Of a DNA stretch of 64,000 nt, positions 13,501-25,488 are shown in pieces (positions within the stretch are counted from its first letter, which is position 1; each line of letters begins with the position of its first letter). The DNA comes from Haliotis rufescens (lineage: Eukaryota). Location of the stretch: NCBI RefSeq assembly GCF_023055435.1, contig NW_025963868.1:10602001-10666000 (forward strand). Reading direction: 5' to 3'. The position numbers were made by a program, and so were the translations under genes. The notes under the pieces are model-generated. The model did not search any database. It saw nothing but the letters and a program-made list of their open reading frames with translations, and was not told the origin of the DNA.

Positions 13501-16500
13501 AGACGTCCTCTTGAGTTCATTGCAGCTGAAGAACTTGTTGGGATCTGCCCAGCGCCAGCTCCTGCCAAAAGAACCAAAAACATCAATTCACCATGTCACC
13601 ATGAACAACGTTTCACGCCCTCAGGGGACGCACGCTATCACCCAAGTCACTGAACCAGACCACCCGATCAATTTGGTTGCCTCTTTCGACCAACACAGGA
13701 TGCTGAGGACCTATTCTTGCCTGGAATCCCCATTGGGTGACAGCTATTTGAACATATGTAGAGAAATTTGCAATAACAATAACATTCCATCATATCCACA
13801 GCATCAATATAGCTAAGGCCGTTTGATTCGTGTCTGTCTGTTATAATGTGAGTGCGTGAGTGTTTTCAGGCTTTCCCATATCCCCCGACGGGCGGACGCT
13901 CTACCTGTATCGAAATACAGACAAATAGCGGACAAAGTGATCTTATATTTTTCCAAGAAAGGAAAAAAGCATTCTCGCCGAGACACATACACATAATTGA
14001 TATGTTTTCACTAACCTTTGCGAAAGTAATACTATCTCACAAACATCCAATATTCACTTAGGAGGTTGAAATATTGCCTCAGTAATGTACATATGGCCTG
14101 TATAAATCAAACGCATCTGACATCACTTGCATTAGATGAACATATTGTCCATGCTTTACCTTCAATATGACATTTCTGGCAGATCCTATTTTGCTGAGGA
14201 TATTCATATTTCATGTCAAAGTAGTCAACCAGAATCGTCGAGAGACGGTATGTCTTAATATGTCTTATGTGCTTATGGAAGGACCCAGGGTAGAATAGGT
14301 CTTCAGCAACCCCTGCTTGCAGTAAAAGGCGACTATTCTTGTCGTAAGAGGTGATTAACAGGATCGGGTGGTCAGGCTCGCTGACTTGGTTTGAAGAATG
14401 TCATCGATCCCAATTTCGTTGATCGATGTTCATGATGTCGATCAATGTATTGTCTGGTCAAGACTCGATTATTTACAGACCGCCCTCACATAACTGGAAT
14501 ATTGTTGGGTGCGGCGTAAAACAACAAACCAACCAACCAAGCTTATGGAAGACAGGCACTTATAAAGTGAATCGTTTAGATTCCACTTAACATGGTGGAA
14601 AAGTAGAATAAACTGCATGCCGCTTTTAACAGTATTCCAGTTATATCACGACGAAGTGATGCAGTTTTCAGACGTTTACTACTTTGGTGAAACCCTAGAA
14701 CACGGGTAGACGGGTACCTAGAAACGTAATCGGGGCGACCCGGGATTCGAACCCACAAGCATAGGTTTTAGGCGTGCCCAATGGGCTCAACTCTGCACAG
14801 CGATATGGGACATCCGTGCCCACTGCAGGTGTATAACTACAGGTTACATCCGACTGCGCCACCTACGTGAAAAGATTCTCCATAGCCACCTAAACCACAT
14901 CCCAAATACCCGGACTGCGCAGAATCTCCGACCAGACCCTACGAAACCGTTAAATAGCAGCAGGTCTACGAGCAAGACGTCCTGTTCGACGCGTCATATT
15001 GTGTCGACAACAACGACTGCAATGGTGTCGTCAACACAGGGCATGGCCGCAACTGTGATGGAGAGATGTCTGATTCAGCGACGAATCAAGATTTTTCCTC
15101 CGTCGAGGGGATTGAAGAGCACGGGTCTACAGACGTCGGGGAGAACGTAACGCCGGAAACTGCGTACAGGATGTGGACAGGTTTGGTGGGGGTAGCGTTA
15201 TGATGTGGGCGGATATCTCTTACCATGGCAGGACAGGTTTGGTCCATATCAAGGGCAATCTTACGGCTCACGATACATCAACGAAATTCTCCTACCACAG
15301 GTCCTCCCAGCAGGCCAACACTCGACCTCATACAGCACGGATCACAAGAGCCTGTCTACACAACAACAACGTTGATGTTCTCCCCTGGCCCTCCAGACCC
15401 CAGGATTTGAACCCGATTGAGCACCTGTGGGATGAATTGGATAGATGGCTACAACCCCAGACGTTGCAGCAGTTGGTTTTTGCGATGCAGGCAGAGTGGG
15501 CTACCATTCCCCAGGATGTGATTCGCGTACTCGTCTGTTCCAATGGCGGGATATGTCAGGCCGCTATCGATTCCAACGGGGGACATACGCGTTATCAATG
15601 TTAGCTGACCTTCACCTTGGACTTTTCCTTTTTACCGATAACTGAGATGACAACAATCACCAAGTGTTCTCTACACAACATTTTGGCTCAATACCTTGTA
15701 TGGTTCCTCGTATAAATATATTTTCCTACCTCACACAAATCTGGCGTTGGGTTTCTTTTTTTGAAGAGTATATTTTCTGTGTATATTTTCTTTTGCCCGG
15801 AAGTATATTTTGAATATTCATTGATTACTTGTTTTGTCCATGCGTCTGTCCAAAAAGGATCTGGATACACTTCACTTGGACTATGTATGTATACTTGACC
15901 ATAACCTATTGAGAGTATTCATACAGAATTACAACGGTGGTCGCATGCAATTTGACCCGTTTTAACCATAAAGTGACAGCTGACCTTACTTATATATTTT
16001 TGTGTTCATCATAATTGTTAGGCCATACAAGCTTATCATATGCCTCCAGCTACCTTAAGACTAGTTGTAATTTTAAATACAGTTTTTTTATGACATCACT
16101 TCCAAAATAGTCACGCGGTACCTAAATCATAGTCTCACGCATGGAGCTACATTAATAAGAAAACAACGCGCGTTTTGGTTTAATACCTTCCGGTTAAGGA
16201 AACTAGATATCATATGAAGTTGGACCTCAAAACAGAAAGTCCGATGCCTCTGATTCCCTATATGCACTTAATGCACAAAAAATTGCTGTTCACTGCTTAC
16301 TGTATTAAAATTGTGTTTGTTTTTTTGCTTTTAACGCCGTATCCAGCAATAGTTCAGGTAAAATAGAGTCTAGAGTCTGGACCAGAAAACAACTACCCAA
16401 AACCAATGATTGATATTGTGACCACTGATCCGAGCAATGGGACGGTAGCGGGCCATCAAACGCGTAACCGTGCCTGACCACCCGATCAATTTGGTCGCCT

Positions 16501-16930
16501 CTAGCGACGACCAGCCTGGTTACCTTGGGACCAATTTTAACCCTGAATAGTGGGGGAAAACTATTATAATCCTTCATTGTTCCCCCGAAGTACAACCAAA
16601 GTTCTACTTACCATTCCGAATAAAGTAGGAAGCATCGGAAGCGTGGTTAACTCTTGCTTGTCTGCCGTCCCTCGTTCTGAATTGACGGTACATGTTGCAC
16701 TGCTTCTTGGCATGTTTGTACTCAAGTGCGAGGCACTCTGGTACCTGACTACACTCCACACAACACTGCAGAAGAGAAACATCTAGCACCCTGTTTAATA
16801 GAGTAACACGTTCATTTGATGCGTTTCTCGGAGTACTAAAAATTATGTCACGCAGGTTCGTAACCACCGATACAGCCAGTGACAAGATCGCACAGGAGAC
16901 AAGGAGAACAGGAGGCATTAGCGAGCACAT
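10556..16930 (-). CDS. Secreted PAN/apple-domain + WSC-domain protein, 3 coding exons (16930-16612, 11561-11422, 10705-10556), ~202 aa
   Basis: Exon 1 = signal-like MCSLMPPVLLVSCAILSLAVS plus PAN-type C-x3-C...C...C (LLQCCVECSQVPECLALEYKHAKKQCNMY), ending at a phase-1 GTAAGT donor. Exon 2 (TTGCAG acceptor, GTAATG donor) = VRGTFIGCYNDSTFDRVLPHIYKRPRMTNVKCMLGCHRLPCLYFGTE. Exon 3 = SGKSCYCGDE...CRCDMQCCGDRDTLCGGDWEISVYKIST*. Exons 2+3 form a canonical WSC domain and the phases match. An AG acceptor 1 nt before the ATG implies an upstream non-coding exon. Confidence 0.85.
11141..11406 (+). mobile_element. SINE-like family B (no tRNA head), full-length
   Basis: GACCCGTGAAGATCCGGGGTAGAATAGG... to ...GCTGAGTGCGGCGTTAAACAACAAACC; many copies in the window. 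Confidence 0.85.
11680..11938 (-). mobile_element. SINE family A
   Basis: Family A sequence. Confidence 0.85.
12350..12990. mobile_element. Dispersed element with internal ~170-bp tandem subunits (HINE-like); homolog at 39378-39986
   Basis: Shared start acaag.aaacagcgttatcacta..ccc; CATGGATC.AGGGCCGTAA at 12648 and 12818, and at 39590, 39803 and 39951. Confidence 0.65.
14281..14540 (+). mobile_element. SINE-like family B with 11-bp TSD
   Basis: GCTTATGGAAG flanks both ends. Confidence 0.9.
14618..14822 (-). mobile_element. SINE family A (partial)
   Basis: Family A sequence lacking the microsatellite tail. Confidence 0.75.
14823..15604 (+). mobile_element. Tc1 transposase relic
   Basis: FSDES, DRFGGGSVMMW, NTRPHTAR, VLPWPSRPQDLNPIEHLWDEL, NGGHTRY. 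Confidence 0.9.
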
Positions 16931-17429
16931 CCTGAATATATGTGACGATTTACGTGTGTTTTGGAAGGAGCGAGAGAGAGAGACATATAACCCTAGCTGC
17001 TAAGAAAATCAATAGATTAATAAAAATCGTGACATTTATGTACATTATCATCTACTGCAAGATAACATCATCTCATAAATTTGAAAATGATATATATTAC
17101 ACACTATTTTAACGTAAACTTAAAATGCGAAGTTTGCGGACTGTATAAAAATATCCTATAATATTTCAGCCATAAGATCCCTTATCACACAGTTGTTCGC
17201 ATCATGATATGTCATACAATTGATCGATATTTCAAAACGCCAATTATAATGGGTGATGTTTGAATGGTGAAAGCTTCCGAATATTTTATAAATGAGCTGA
17301 GTGTTTCTTCAGCAAACATGACTCATACATTAAGTAGAAAAAAGTGCAAACAACTGTTTCTTGGAAAAAGTACTAGTTTTTTGCATGACATACGCCCTCA
17401 GCCACCGCATATGCTGTAACTCTAACGTA

Positions 17430-17870
17430 AAGAAACTTTAATTTTCTTAAAGCCATTAGTCTTTACACGAATTTCAGCCTTCTGGGTGGTTTTGGTACGA
17501 GTAGGATGGTCAGCCTTTCGGCAAATTTGTCTTTTTATATTCGTCAGTGAAATGACATTCTTTTGATTTATTCTTTTGATCCATTCTATCTCGCAACAAA
17601 CACAAGAGGGTGTCCAAAATCTAGTGAATCCTGGTTAAAAGGCAAAAACAAACTTGGTGCAATAAGGCGAAACATGTCTTCCAAAGCCAATGTTTCATCC
17701 GACAAACGCATCAGTTATCACAGCGCTAGGAAAAAAATCAGTTTCCAGCAAGAGCGTTCTAGCCCACTAAATTATGCAAGTGTCTGGGCACAAAAATAAC
17801 AATTTAAACACATATTCACGAATCACTGAAGAACAACACCCTGGTATCTCCAACATTTTGCCAAATACCA
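17430..17870 (+). mobile_element. Crypton-type tyrosine-recombinase (DUF3504-like) relic
   Basis: PFYLA...WLKGKNKLGAIRRNMSSKANV...KRISYHSARK / IMQVSGHKN..LNTYSRITEEQH..ISNIL (H-x-x-R, GH and catalytic Y boxes). Confidence 0.65.
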
Positions 17871-19699
17871 GTGCACGCAGTTACCTCGCCAAACCACTTT
17901 CGGATGCCTCTAGGTGTATGTCAATCAATGGGAACCAACCCGTTGACATATCTTCCAATTCGCATGTTATTCCGGTATCCGCCTCGGTACAATTGTTCAT
18001 AATGTCGAAGAATTAATGCCGCTTAAACGAACTATTTCGCATTCGAGGAATCTTAATTTTGAGTGTAGACCATGTGTGATCAGTTAAAAATTCCATGTAT
18101 TCGATGCCGTTTCGAACGCGAATGAATAACATGAAATGCGACTTCGCCTCTATTATAAGACTACACATGAGATTTTTCGGTCTTTTTATCTTCTTATTTA
18201 AAAACTTGACGCTGTGTAATAAAAGCAATAAATCGTCAGATACTTCTCTGGTACAAGTTGCGATTTATTAGAAGAATATAGTTGCAAGAAAGACGAATAC
18301 GTTACTTAACATTCTGATATGACATTTAAGAATGCTTTATTTTGATTGGTTAAAAGGGGGTATCCTTTCATAAACTGAAACTTCTTTTAAATTCAACCAT
18401 TTTACACAATAACCGTGACGTAGCTGGAATATTGCTGTTTGCGGCGTTTAACAACACACCAACCAACCAACCAACTTTTTACACAATAACGTTGCGTATG
18501 AATATATCGACAGCATATATTTTCGATCCATAAACAAATGCTGCCGTTAACCCATCAGAACTCTACACCGTATTTCTTGTAAAACATGCCGAGTAAACGG
18601 CTCTCTCGAAATTGATAGATATCCTTGCACCTTATAGAGGAAATACGGTTGTCATCTAGCTTCATGTGAAATTGTCAGAGGCACAGAGATGTTGGTCAAA
18701 TCAGTCTCATCCCAGTTCAGGGTAGAGAAGAATTTATTTGAGGAATTTGAGAAATTTCTTTATTATTTTTTTTTATTTATTCATTTATTTATTTATTTTT
18801 ATTTATTTTTATTTTTTATTTTTTTTGGGGGGGGGGGGGGGGGGGGGGGGAGGGGCAATTGCTTACTAATTAATACATTTTACACATTTGAAATAAATAA
18901 CAGAATGTAAGTTAATAACGTTTGTTGAAGACATACATGTGTAAATGAGTTATTTCTACAACCTGTCATCCCTACAATGCGAGGTGCCAGTGTTTATTCC
19001 AAAGTGCAAATATACCACCGATTGCGATGTAATTAAAATATATATCCTTGGACTCAGTTTGGAGGGTTATGTGTCAACTTCCTTTTGAAACACTGTGTGT
19101 TTTGAAACCTTATTTTGGACTAGTCAAGACTAGTGTTTTTTAATCTTGAACTGAATATGTGTTCCATTTTTAACTACCTGTGACCACTTTTCGAATTGTT
19201 TACAGAACGCCGTAATATAGCTGGAATATTGCTGAGAACGGCGTTAAACAACAAACAAACAAACAAACCCGAAGAAAAAAATGAACCAAGTTACCACCAT
19301 TTCTAAATAGTATTACTCTTGTCTTATCTAAACTTATTTCAAACCCCCATTTGTTACAGTATGATTTCCAAAGCATCTACGTTTCTTTGGAGTTCAATTA
19401 CATAACCACCATCATTATGTACTTTGACTATGTCAATATTATTATTCCCGACATGGGTACAATGTGTGAAGCCCATTTCTGGTGTCTCCCACCGTGATAT
19501 TGCTGGAATATTGCTAAAAGCGGCGTAAAACCATACTCACTCACTCACTCACTCACTCAATATTATCAACATTATCAACATCAATACATGGATAGATGTT
19601 TTATTAGTTATTTAAGGAGACATGGTCCATTGTACAGTTGACATTTTCAGTTTGATTTGTTTAGTCACGTGATATACATAATGTATAAACAACAGAATG

Positions 19700-20360
19700 A
19701 CAGAGAATATATGTTTAAACAATATTGCTAATGAACGTATAACAGCAGAGTTGTTGATCATTAACATCTTGATTTTATGCCTATAGTTAAACATCGGAGT
19801 GTATTATTCTCTAAGATGTTCATACTTATCACGTACTAATAAAACATGAATGTCATCCCCAATCTCTTTACAGATACACATTTCAACTTCCCTATTTTCA
19901 CATTTACGTTTGAAATTTAGATTGAAATTTTGTAATGACACTCTGAATTTACGTAATGCCCTAACAAGCGATTTATCATCTTATATACTCATATAATTCT
20001 CTGGTTCTGTAGCAGACTTGATATCATTGTAATGGCTGAGGAAACGTGAAGAAGATATATTATCAAGCCAGTTGTGACTATACATGTCATGTAACCTTTA
20101 TTTGAAAGAGTATAAGAAGAAAGTTGTATCCCCTACATATTGGGAAGTCCACACAAAGGAATATCCACATGAAATTAACAAATATCTGACAGAATTGTAC
20201 ATCCCAAAATGTTACGTCCATTATCCCAGTATAAAACGTAGTGATTGTTTTATAAACTTCCACCAGTGGCCTCAAAGTATTTCTATACATAAACTCTCTG
20301 TCTTTCTGTCTGTCAGACATCATCCGCGAACAGTAATAACAAGATTTCATCAAAACTTTC
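19700..20360 (-). mobile_element. 3' fragment of a CR1/L2-type LINE ORF2
   Basis: ILLLLFADD and C-terminal RALRKFRVS...MCICKEIGDDIHVLL...YEHLRE. Confidence 0.6.
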
Positions 20361-20463
20361 CTTCACACATATACCTCTTAATTGAACGCTCTCCGTTTCA
20401 GGCCTGAAATAATGCCGAAGCAACGTTAACTGTTACCTCACTCACTTTGTTCATGTATGCATT

Positions 20464-20707
20464 GGGGGCACGGGTGGCCCAGTCGTCTAAGGCGCCGCGA
20501 TTCGCTGTGCAGAGTTGCGACCCTTTGGCCTGCCAGAAGCCTATGGTTGTGGTTGTGTCAGCACCATACCCGTGCTCGCGGGTTTCACCGAAGTGGTAAA
20601 CGTCTGAGACATGCATCACTTCAGGCTTTCCTCCAACATTAAGCTGACACGCCGTGATATAACTGGAATACTGTTAAAAGCGGCGTTAAACCCAACTCAC
20701 TCACTCA
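20464..20707 (+). mobile_element. SINE family A (B-box deleted)
   Basis: GGGGGCACGGGTGGCCCAGTCGTCTAAGGCGCC head and ...GCGGCGTTAAACCCAACTCACTCAC tail. Confidence 0.85.
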
Positions 20708-21215
20708 TGTATAAGTTCATCGATAAAGAGAGTGAAAAGAACTGGACTTAAGCTGAGGGGCAAAAGAAAACATATAGAGTTTGTATTTTATGTAATTGAA
20801 ATTTGAAATAACCCTTGTCAAATTGTATTATGTCTGTTTCACATTAATCACTTCTGTAACAGATTTTAAAAGCAATCTGTGGCAAGGTAATTTGTGTAAA
20901 ATGAAATTGGTTCAATGAAGACTGAGATAATAAATTTATTTGCAACCAAGTGACCCTACCGTGTAAACTTATGCCGTTAAAATGTACATTTATTGGTCTT
21001 GAAAGATAAGATTTCTAAGATACCCAACAGCAGTTGTGTATAATGCAAATACATTTTTAACGTTTTTTAGTGAAATTGTATTTTACAAAATTAAACCATG
21101 TAGAATTATTCTTTGAGTGCTGAGTAAGTGCCAGCACAGTTCGTGTTTTGGATTTAATATAGATACGACACATCAGGGTGACGTAACTCTCCAATAGTTA
21201 CCTTCCTTTCATGTC

Positions 21216-21535
21216 GGACCGCCTCCGTGGTCTAATGGTAGAGCGTCCGCCCGGAGAGCGGAAGGTCCGGGGTTCGATCCCCGACCGCTCCATACCAAAA
21301 GACGTTAAAAAGATGGTACTTGTTCTTACCCTGTCTGGCGCTCGGCATTAAGGGTCTAAAACAAGGACTGGTCGGCTCGGAGCATTGGTATCTCATTGAG
21401 CTGGCACTATAAATCGGTATCAGTCCGGACTAGTACAAGCAGCCACACACACACACACACACGTACATGTACGTCGCTATATAAGTGCAATAATCTTGGA
21501 CGCGACGTTAAATCCCATTTCACCTCACCTCACCT
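21216..21535 (+). mobile_element. SINE family C (tRNA head + V-domain-like core), full-length with 13-bp TSD
   Basis: A-box TGGTCTAATGG and B-box GGTTCGATCCC. Core CATACCAAAAGACGTTAAAAGATGGTACTTG...GGCGCTCGGCATTAAGGG resembles the V-SINE domain. TSD TCCTTTCATGTCG. Other copies at 22620-22790(+), 31938-32036(+), 36136-36450(-). Confidence 0.85.
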
Positions 21536-22130
21536 CCTTTCATGTCGAGCTATAGTCCAGCAGCTCTAGCCTTACATTTGGTGTCTACATTTCACAACAT
21601 TTAAGGTAAAATCGAGCAGGCTGTGTCTACGACGATTTCAAAGAGCGTCGTACGACTAGGTCTGAACAGGGTTACAACTTTCAAGCTCTAAGTAAAGCTT
21701 TCGAAAAGTGCTATGGCAGCCATTTCCAAATTTGACAAGTGACATAAATTATGTCCGATACTATTTTGACATGTACCATATGTTCCCGTGTTTTTATGGT
21801 CAATACTTGACTTGCCTTTGTATGTGTTTGTGACAGTAGCCACCCTTGGGCAGAATACGCTCACCTTTTCACGAACACCTGGTATGATCACTATTTGATA
21901 ACGATTCATAAACACATGCTCATGATACAGTCGGACTCGTACAAACGACTCTAGTTGCTTTGGAAAGGGATTTGTCGCTTTTATTCATATTTTCCTCTCT
22001 AACACATGCTTCGATATTTTCATTCTTATGTTTAAGTATGGGAAACGTTTTACCGTGAATACTTCTAAATACAGGGTTGCAAATGCAATAAAGATAGCTA
22101 CACAGATAAACGGAAATCAGAAGACACACA

Positions 22131-22304
22131 GAGTAAACTACGTTTATAACGAACGGTTATAACGAACTGACCTATATAATGAACTTATTTTTAGTCCCGG
22201 TCATTTGTTGTATGTATGCTGTATATATGCTTATAACAAACTACGGTTATATAGAAAATAATTAGTGGTCCCTTTGTGTTTTTTTATAACCGTAGTTCAC
22301 TGTA
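22131..22304. mobile_element. pogo/Tigger-like MITE; second copy inverted at 63801-63979
   Basis: TIR (c)agtaaactacg.ttataacgaa / ttataaccgtagttcactgta with internal GTTATAAC repeats. Confidence 0.75.
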
Positions 22305-22909
22305 TTAGATAAAAATACACACGAAATATTCCGTGAAAAGGTATATGTTATTCTGCATACATCATATTACTCTATATTTCATGAAGATGAAAGCAGAAAA
22401 GCCGAGTACAGAGCACAGTGACATTTCTAGCATGGTTGCATGGCAGTCATGTTAAAGGTTGTGTCAGAGGTTTTCGAAGATAATAGCGGTTCTGGGATCA
22501 TTCATAGACAACTTCAGCTTTATAAACCATATGATTTAAGAGGAGATTTTGACAATGATACGTGATGGCAGAATAATGGTCAGATGGATCTTATGAAGGA
22601 CAGACCATGCGTCACTTTGACGTGGTCTAGAGGTAGAGTGTCCGCCCGGAGAGCGGAAGGTCCGGGGTTCGATCCCCGGCCGCGTCATACCAAAAGGCGT
22701 TAAAAGATGGTACTTATTGTTACACTGTCTGGCGCTCGGCATGAAGGGGCTAAAACAAGGACTGGTCGGCTCAGAGTCAGTATACAGGTGAGCTAATGAT
22801 GGATTAATAAAGGGATATGACTTCCGATAATGTAACTGCCATATTATTCTCATCAGTAGTGCACAGGTATAGTAGTGTGAGTATAATAACGGAAGCAGCT
22901 GCAGATATG

Positions 22910-25390
22910 TTAGTTACAAAAGTAGCAGTCTCGTGTCTTCTTCTCAACACAGGATTTCGGAGAAGGTGGCCTCTCAGTGAAGGAGTGATCTCTCGTATCC
23001 AAGAACTGGGGCATGTCAAAAGTTGACGTTCTGTCAAAATAGTTCCAGGGTTTTAAGGTAAAGCTTGACTTCGCCCCAATAGTTATCGGGAAATCTTCAG
23101 CTGTCGGTATGTGCAGAAAGCCAACTACCAGCCACGTGACCAAATCCGTATTGTTGATTGGTTCGTTGTTAATGAAGTTCTCAATGGAGCCCATCGGGTC
23201 AGCCAATCGGTTAAGGTCATATGTTCCAGAGATGAATCGCTCTGTATCATTGTGTTTGGTGACAATGCAGTGGTACTTTGTGTAAGATGAAGCCTTCATA
23301 ACTGGATGTGTATCAGGTAGGACCTGTACTGCCATGGTTTCAGGAAGAATTCTGTACCCTCTTTTCACTCCCCACCTGTTTTTGTTCTCACTCGTGACCG
23401 TCCAAAATTCGGGATTAATCATATCGATTTTCAGACCAGATTCCGTTGCTAGGGTTTCCCATTCCACATACCTTGTTTCATTATACAGGAAATAAGGAGG
23501 CTTCTCACTGACATTGGCTTGTGTCTTCAAGGCCCCCAGTACATCCCCAGCTTTCCACTTAATAATGTCAAAGTTGTTGTTGGTACCAAGAATGTCCATA
23601 TCGACCTTGAAACCAAAAGTATGATCGTGGAGTGCACCGTGTGTATATGTTCCGATTTTATACCCAAATGCATCAGTCGATTTCGATTGTCCAGCACGTG
23701 CATCATCCTGATCCCAAAAGCTCGAATGAATATACCCAGACGCAGCTGCTTCTGTTTTAAGGGACCCATCTAAGAAAAATCGAAAATCAAAAGAATAGTC
23801 ATAGTTACCAATGGGATATGCAAACCTAACAACAAGATAATTGTTAGCCAACCCAGCAGCGAACATGCCCTTTCGTCTCCACAGAGCATCTTCGCCGACT
23901 GTTTCAAATATACATATGGCTTTAGCTGTAATGGGAGTCTGACTATAACCGGAAAACCATGATGCATCGACAAGGGTGGAATGGAAAGGACAATCAACTC
24001 CGAGTATGACATCCTGGACCTCTCCCAGGCCGAAAGTACCATCAAGATAGATTGTATTTGCTCCTGAAGTCACGTCTGATGCGTAGGTTAAGGTTGCTTC
24101 GTTGAGGGAATTCTCATAAACAATCCTTTCTCCCTTAAATTTAACATTATAGATACTTGGGCCACGGAACTGGCTGTTGCCAACAACAAATTCCCAGTCC
24201 ATCCATTTCACCGTGTGGTCATGGATTGTAAATCGTGGACCAGATGGAGGATATGACCTGGGTGGAGGTCTGTCAGAGTAGTCCCTCGGTTTATCATTGT
24301 TTTGTTTTGGATAAGAGGTTGAAAACAGTGATTGGCGGAAACCTCTTGGCAGGGCAAATTTTCTGAGTGTTCCGTTGTTGTAGGCAGACAGTAGAGCGTC
24401 GGCTGTTGGGAAAGGTCCTTGGTCTAAATAGTAAAAGCTGTGTGTGTACCAGGTGTTAGTATTCACTCCTGGATTGTGAACAGTTCCCGTGAGCGGTAAA
24501 AAGTTTAAATCTCGCCCGCGACCCAAGCCGTCTGTCGTCAAACCCAACACAAACCGTGTTTCCCTTTCATTTGGATCAAGACCTGGCGGAGCTTGTGCAT
24601 GGAAGTCAATTCCTCCGTTAGGGGTATATCCCCCGTCAAAGCTCTCCTGAAGTAAGGGGCGTAGTGTGGTCATTGCGAGAAAGACTTGTTCAGCGATTCC
24701 TTCAAATTCAATGCCATCTCTGGGTCGACTATTGTAAGGGAGTTCCCCATCTCTGTACATAGCCTGAGCTGTCATCGCACCACCAAGAGGTCCGACCCTG
24801 TATTCCATCAAGTCTGGAACAGCTATGTTGCCTCTGTGAACGTGGACATCTGCGTACCTGCCTGGATTGGGACCCCCTTTATCGAGGTGGTTGAGGGCCT
24901 CTGATTTATATGGAGCGTAGAGAGATATGCCATAGATGTAGCTATCCTTCAGAGTAGGTTTTCCATCTGTCACTGAAATAAGACCTTGAGTTTTCATGAA
25001 ATTTTTGATAATGTTCATTTCTTCTTTAGACAGCAGTTCAAATGGCCCCTTGTCTTCGGATCTACTGGATCTGGTCGGTGCGTTATCTGCAGGGCAGGTT
25101 GGAATGGATGTTTTGTTCGATGAAGGTTGAACAGGAGCTGTTACCATAACTTGAACTGGAGCCGGAGTGGTCATAACATTGCATTGGGAATCACCCATGG
25201 GCTTCACAGCATAGATTCCAATAATAATTCCAGTTACCAAACCAATGGCGAAAATAATGACACCTGATATCTGGTGGCACAGAGTGCTCTTGAATGTTGA
25301 TACTGACCCTGCCGAGCGTCGGTCACCGCGTGGTTCTTGGTTACCAGTATGATCACCTGTTTCAAGACTGTAGGTACCATTGGAGGCCAT
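22910..25390 (-). CDS. Copper-containing amine oxidase (AOC/DAO/VAP-1 family), type II membrane protein, 826 aa, intronless CDS
   Basis: N-terminal TM helix (ISGVIIFAIGLVTGIIIGIYAV), catalytic Asp motif IYLDGTFGLG, TPQ-precursor motif GNYDY, Cu ligands LHDH and FLHIP, C-terminal LKPWNYFD. Splice acceptor (TTTTCAG) at 25400-25401, 9 nt before the ATG. Confidence 0.95.
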   Translation of the reverse strand: MASNGTYSLETGDHTGNQEPRGDRRSAGSVSTFKSTLCHQISGVIIFAIGLVTGIIIGIYAVKPMGDSQCNVMTTPAPVQVMVTAPVQPSSNKTSIPTCPADNAPTRSSRSEDKGPFELLSKEEMNIIKNFMKTQGLISVTDGKPTLKDSYIYGISLYAPYKSEALNHLDKGGPNPGRYADVHVHRGNIAVPDLMEYRVGPLGGAMTAQAMYRDGELPYNSRPRDGIEFEGIAEQVFLAMTTLRPLLQESFDGGYTPNGGIDFHAQAPPGLDPNERETRFVLGLTTDGLGRGRDLNFLPLTGTVHNPGVNTNTWYTHSFYYLDQGPFPTADALLSAYNNGTLRKFALPRGFRQSLFSTSYPKQNNDKPRDYSDRPPPRSYPPSGPRFTIHDHTVKWMDWEFVVGNSQFRGPSIYNVKFKGERIVYENSLNEATLTYASDVTSGANTIYLDGTFGLGEVQDVILGVDCPFHSTLVDASWFSGYSQTPITAKAICIFETVGEDALWRRKGMFAAGLANNYLVVRFAYPIGNYDYSFDFRFFLDGSLKTEAAASGYIHSSFWDQDDARAGQSKSTDAFGYKIGTYTHGALHDHTFGFKVDMDILGTNNNFDIIKWKAGDVLGALKTQANVSEKPPYFLYNETRYVEWETLATESGLKIDMINPEFWTVTSENKNRWGVKRGYRILPETMAVQVLPDTHPVMKASSYTKYHCIVTKHNDTERFISGTYDLNRLADPMGSIENFINNEPINNTDLVTWLVVGFLHIPTAEDFPITIGAKSSFTLKPWNYFDRTSTFDMPQFLDTRDHSFTERPPSPKSCVEKKTRDCYFCN

Positions 25391-25488
25391 ACTGGATATC
25401 TGAAAATAAAAAAAAACATGCTAAAGGAATGCAGCAGCGTTAGCTTCTGTCTCAGTAAATATAAAATTGTTTGTTAGTGGTGTGAATT

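Noticed and set aside
21216-21290. tRNA genes (also ~8750-8819, ~22620-22685, ~45715-45817)
   Set aside because: The tRNA-like heads continue into SINE bodies and tails, some with TSDs, and the acceptor stems are not intact.
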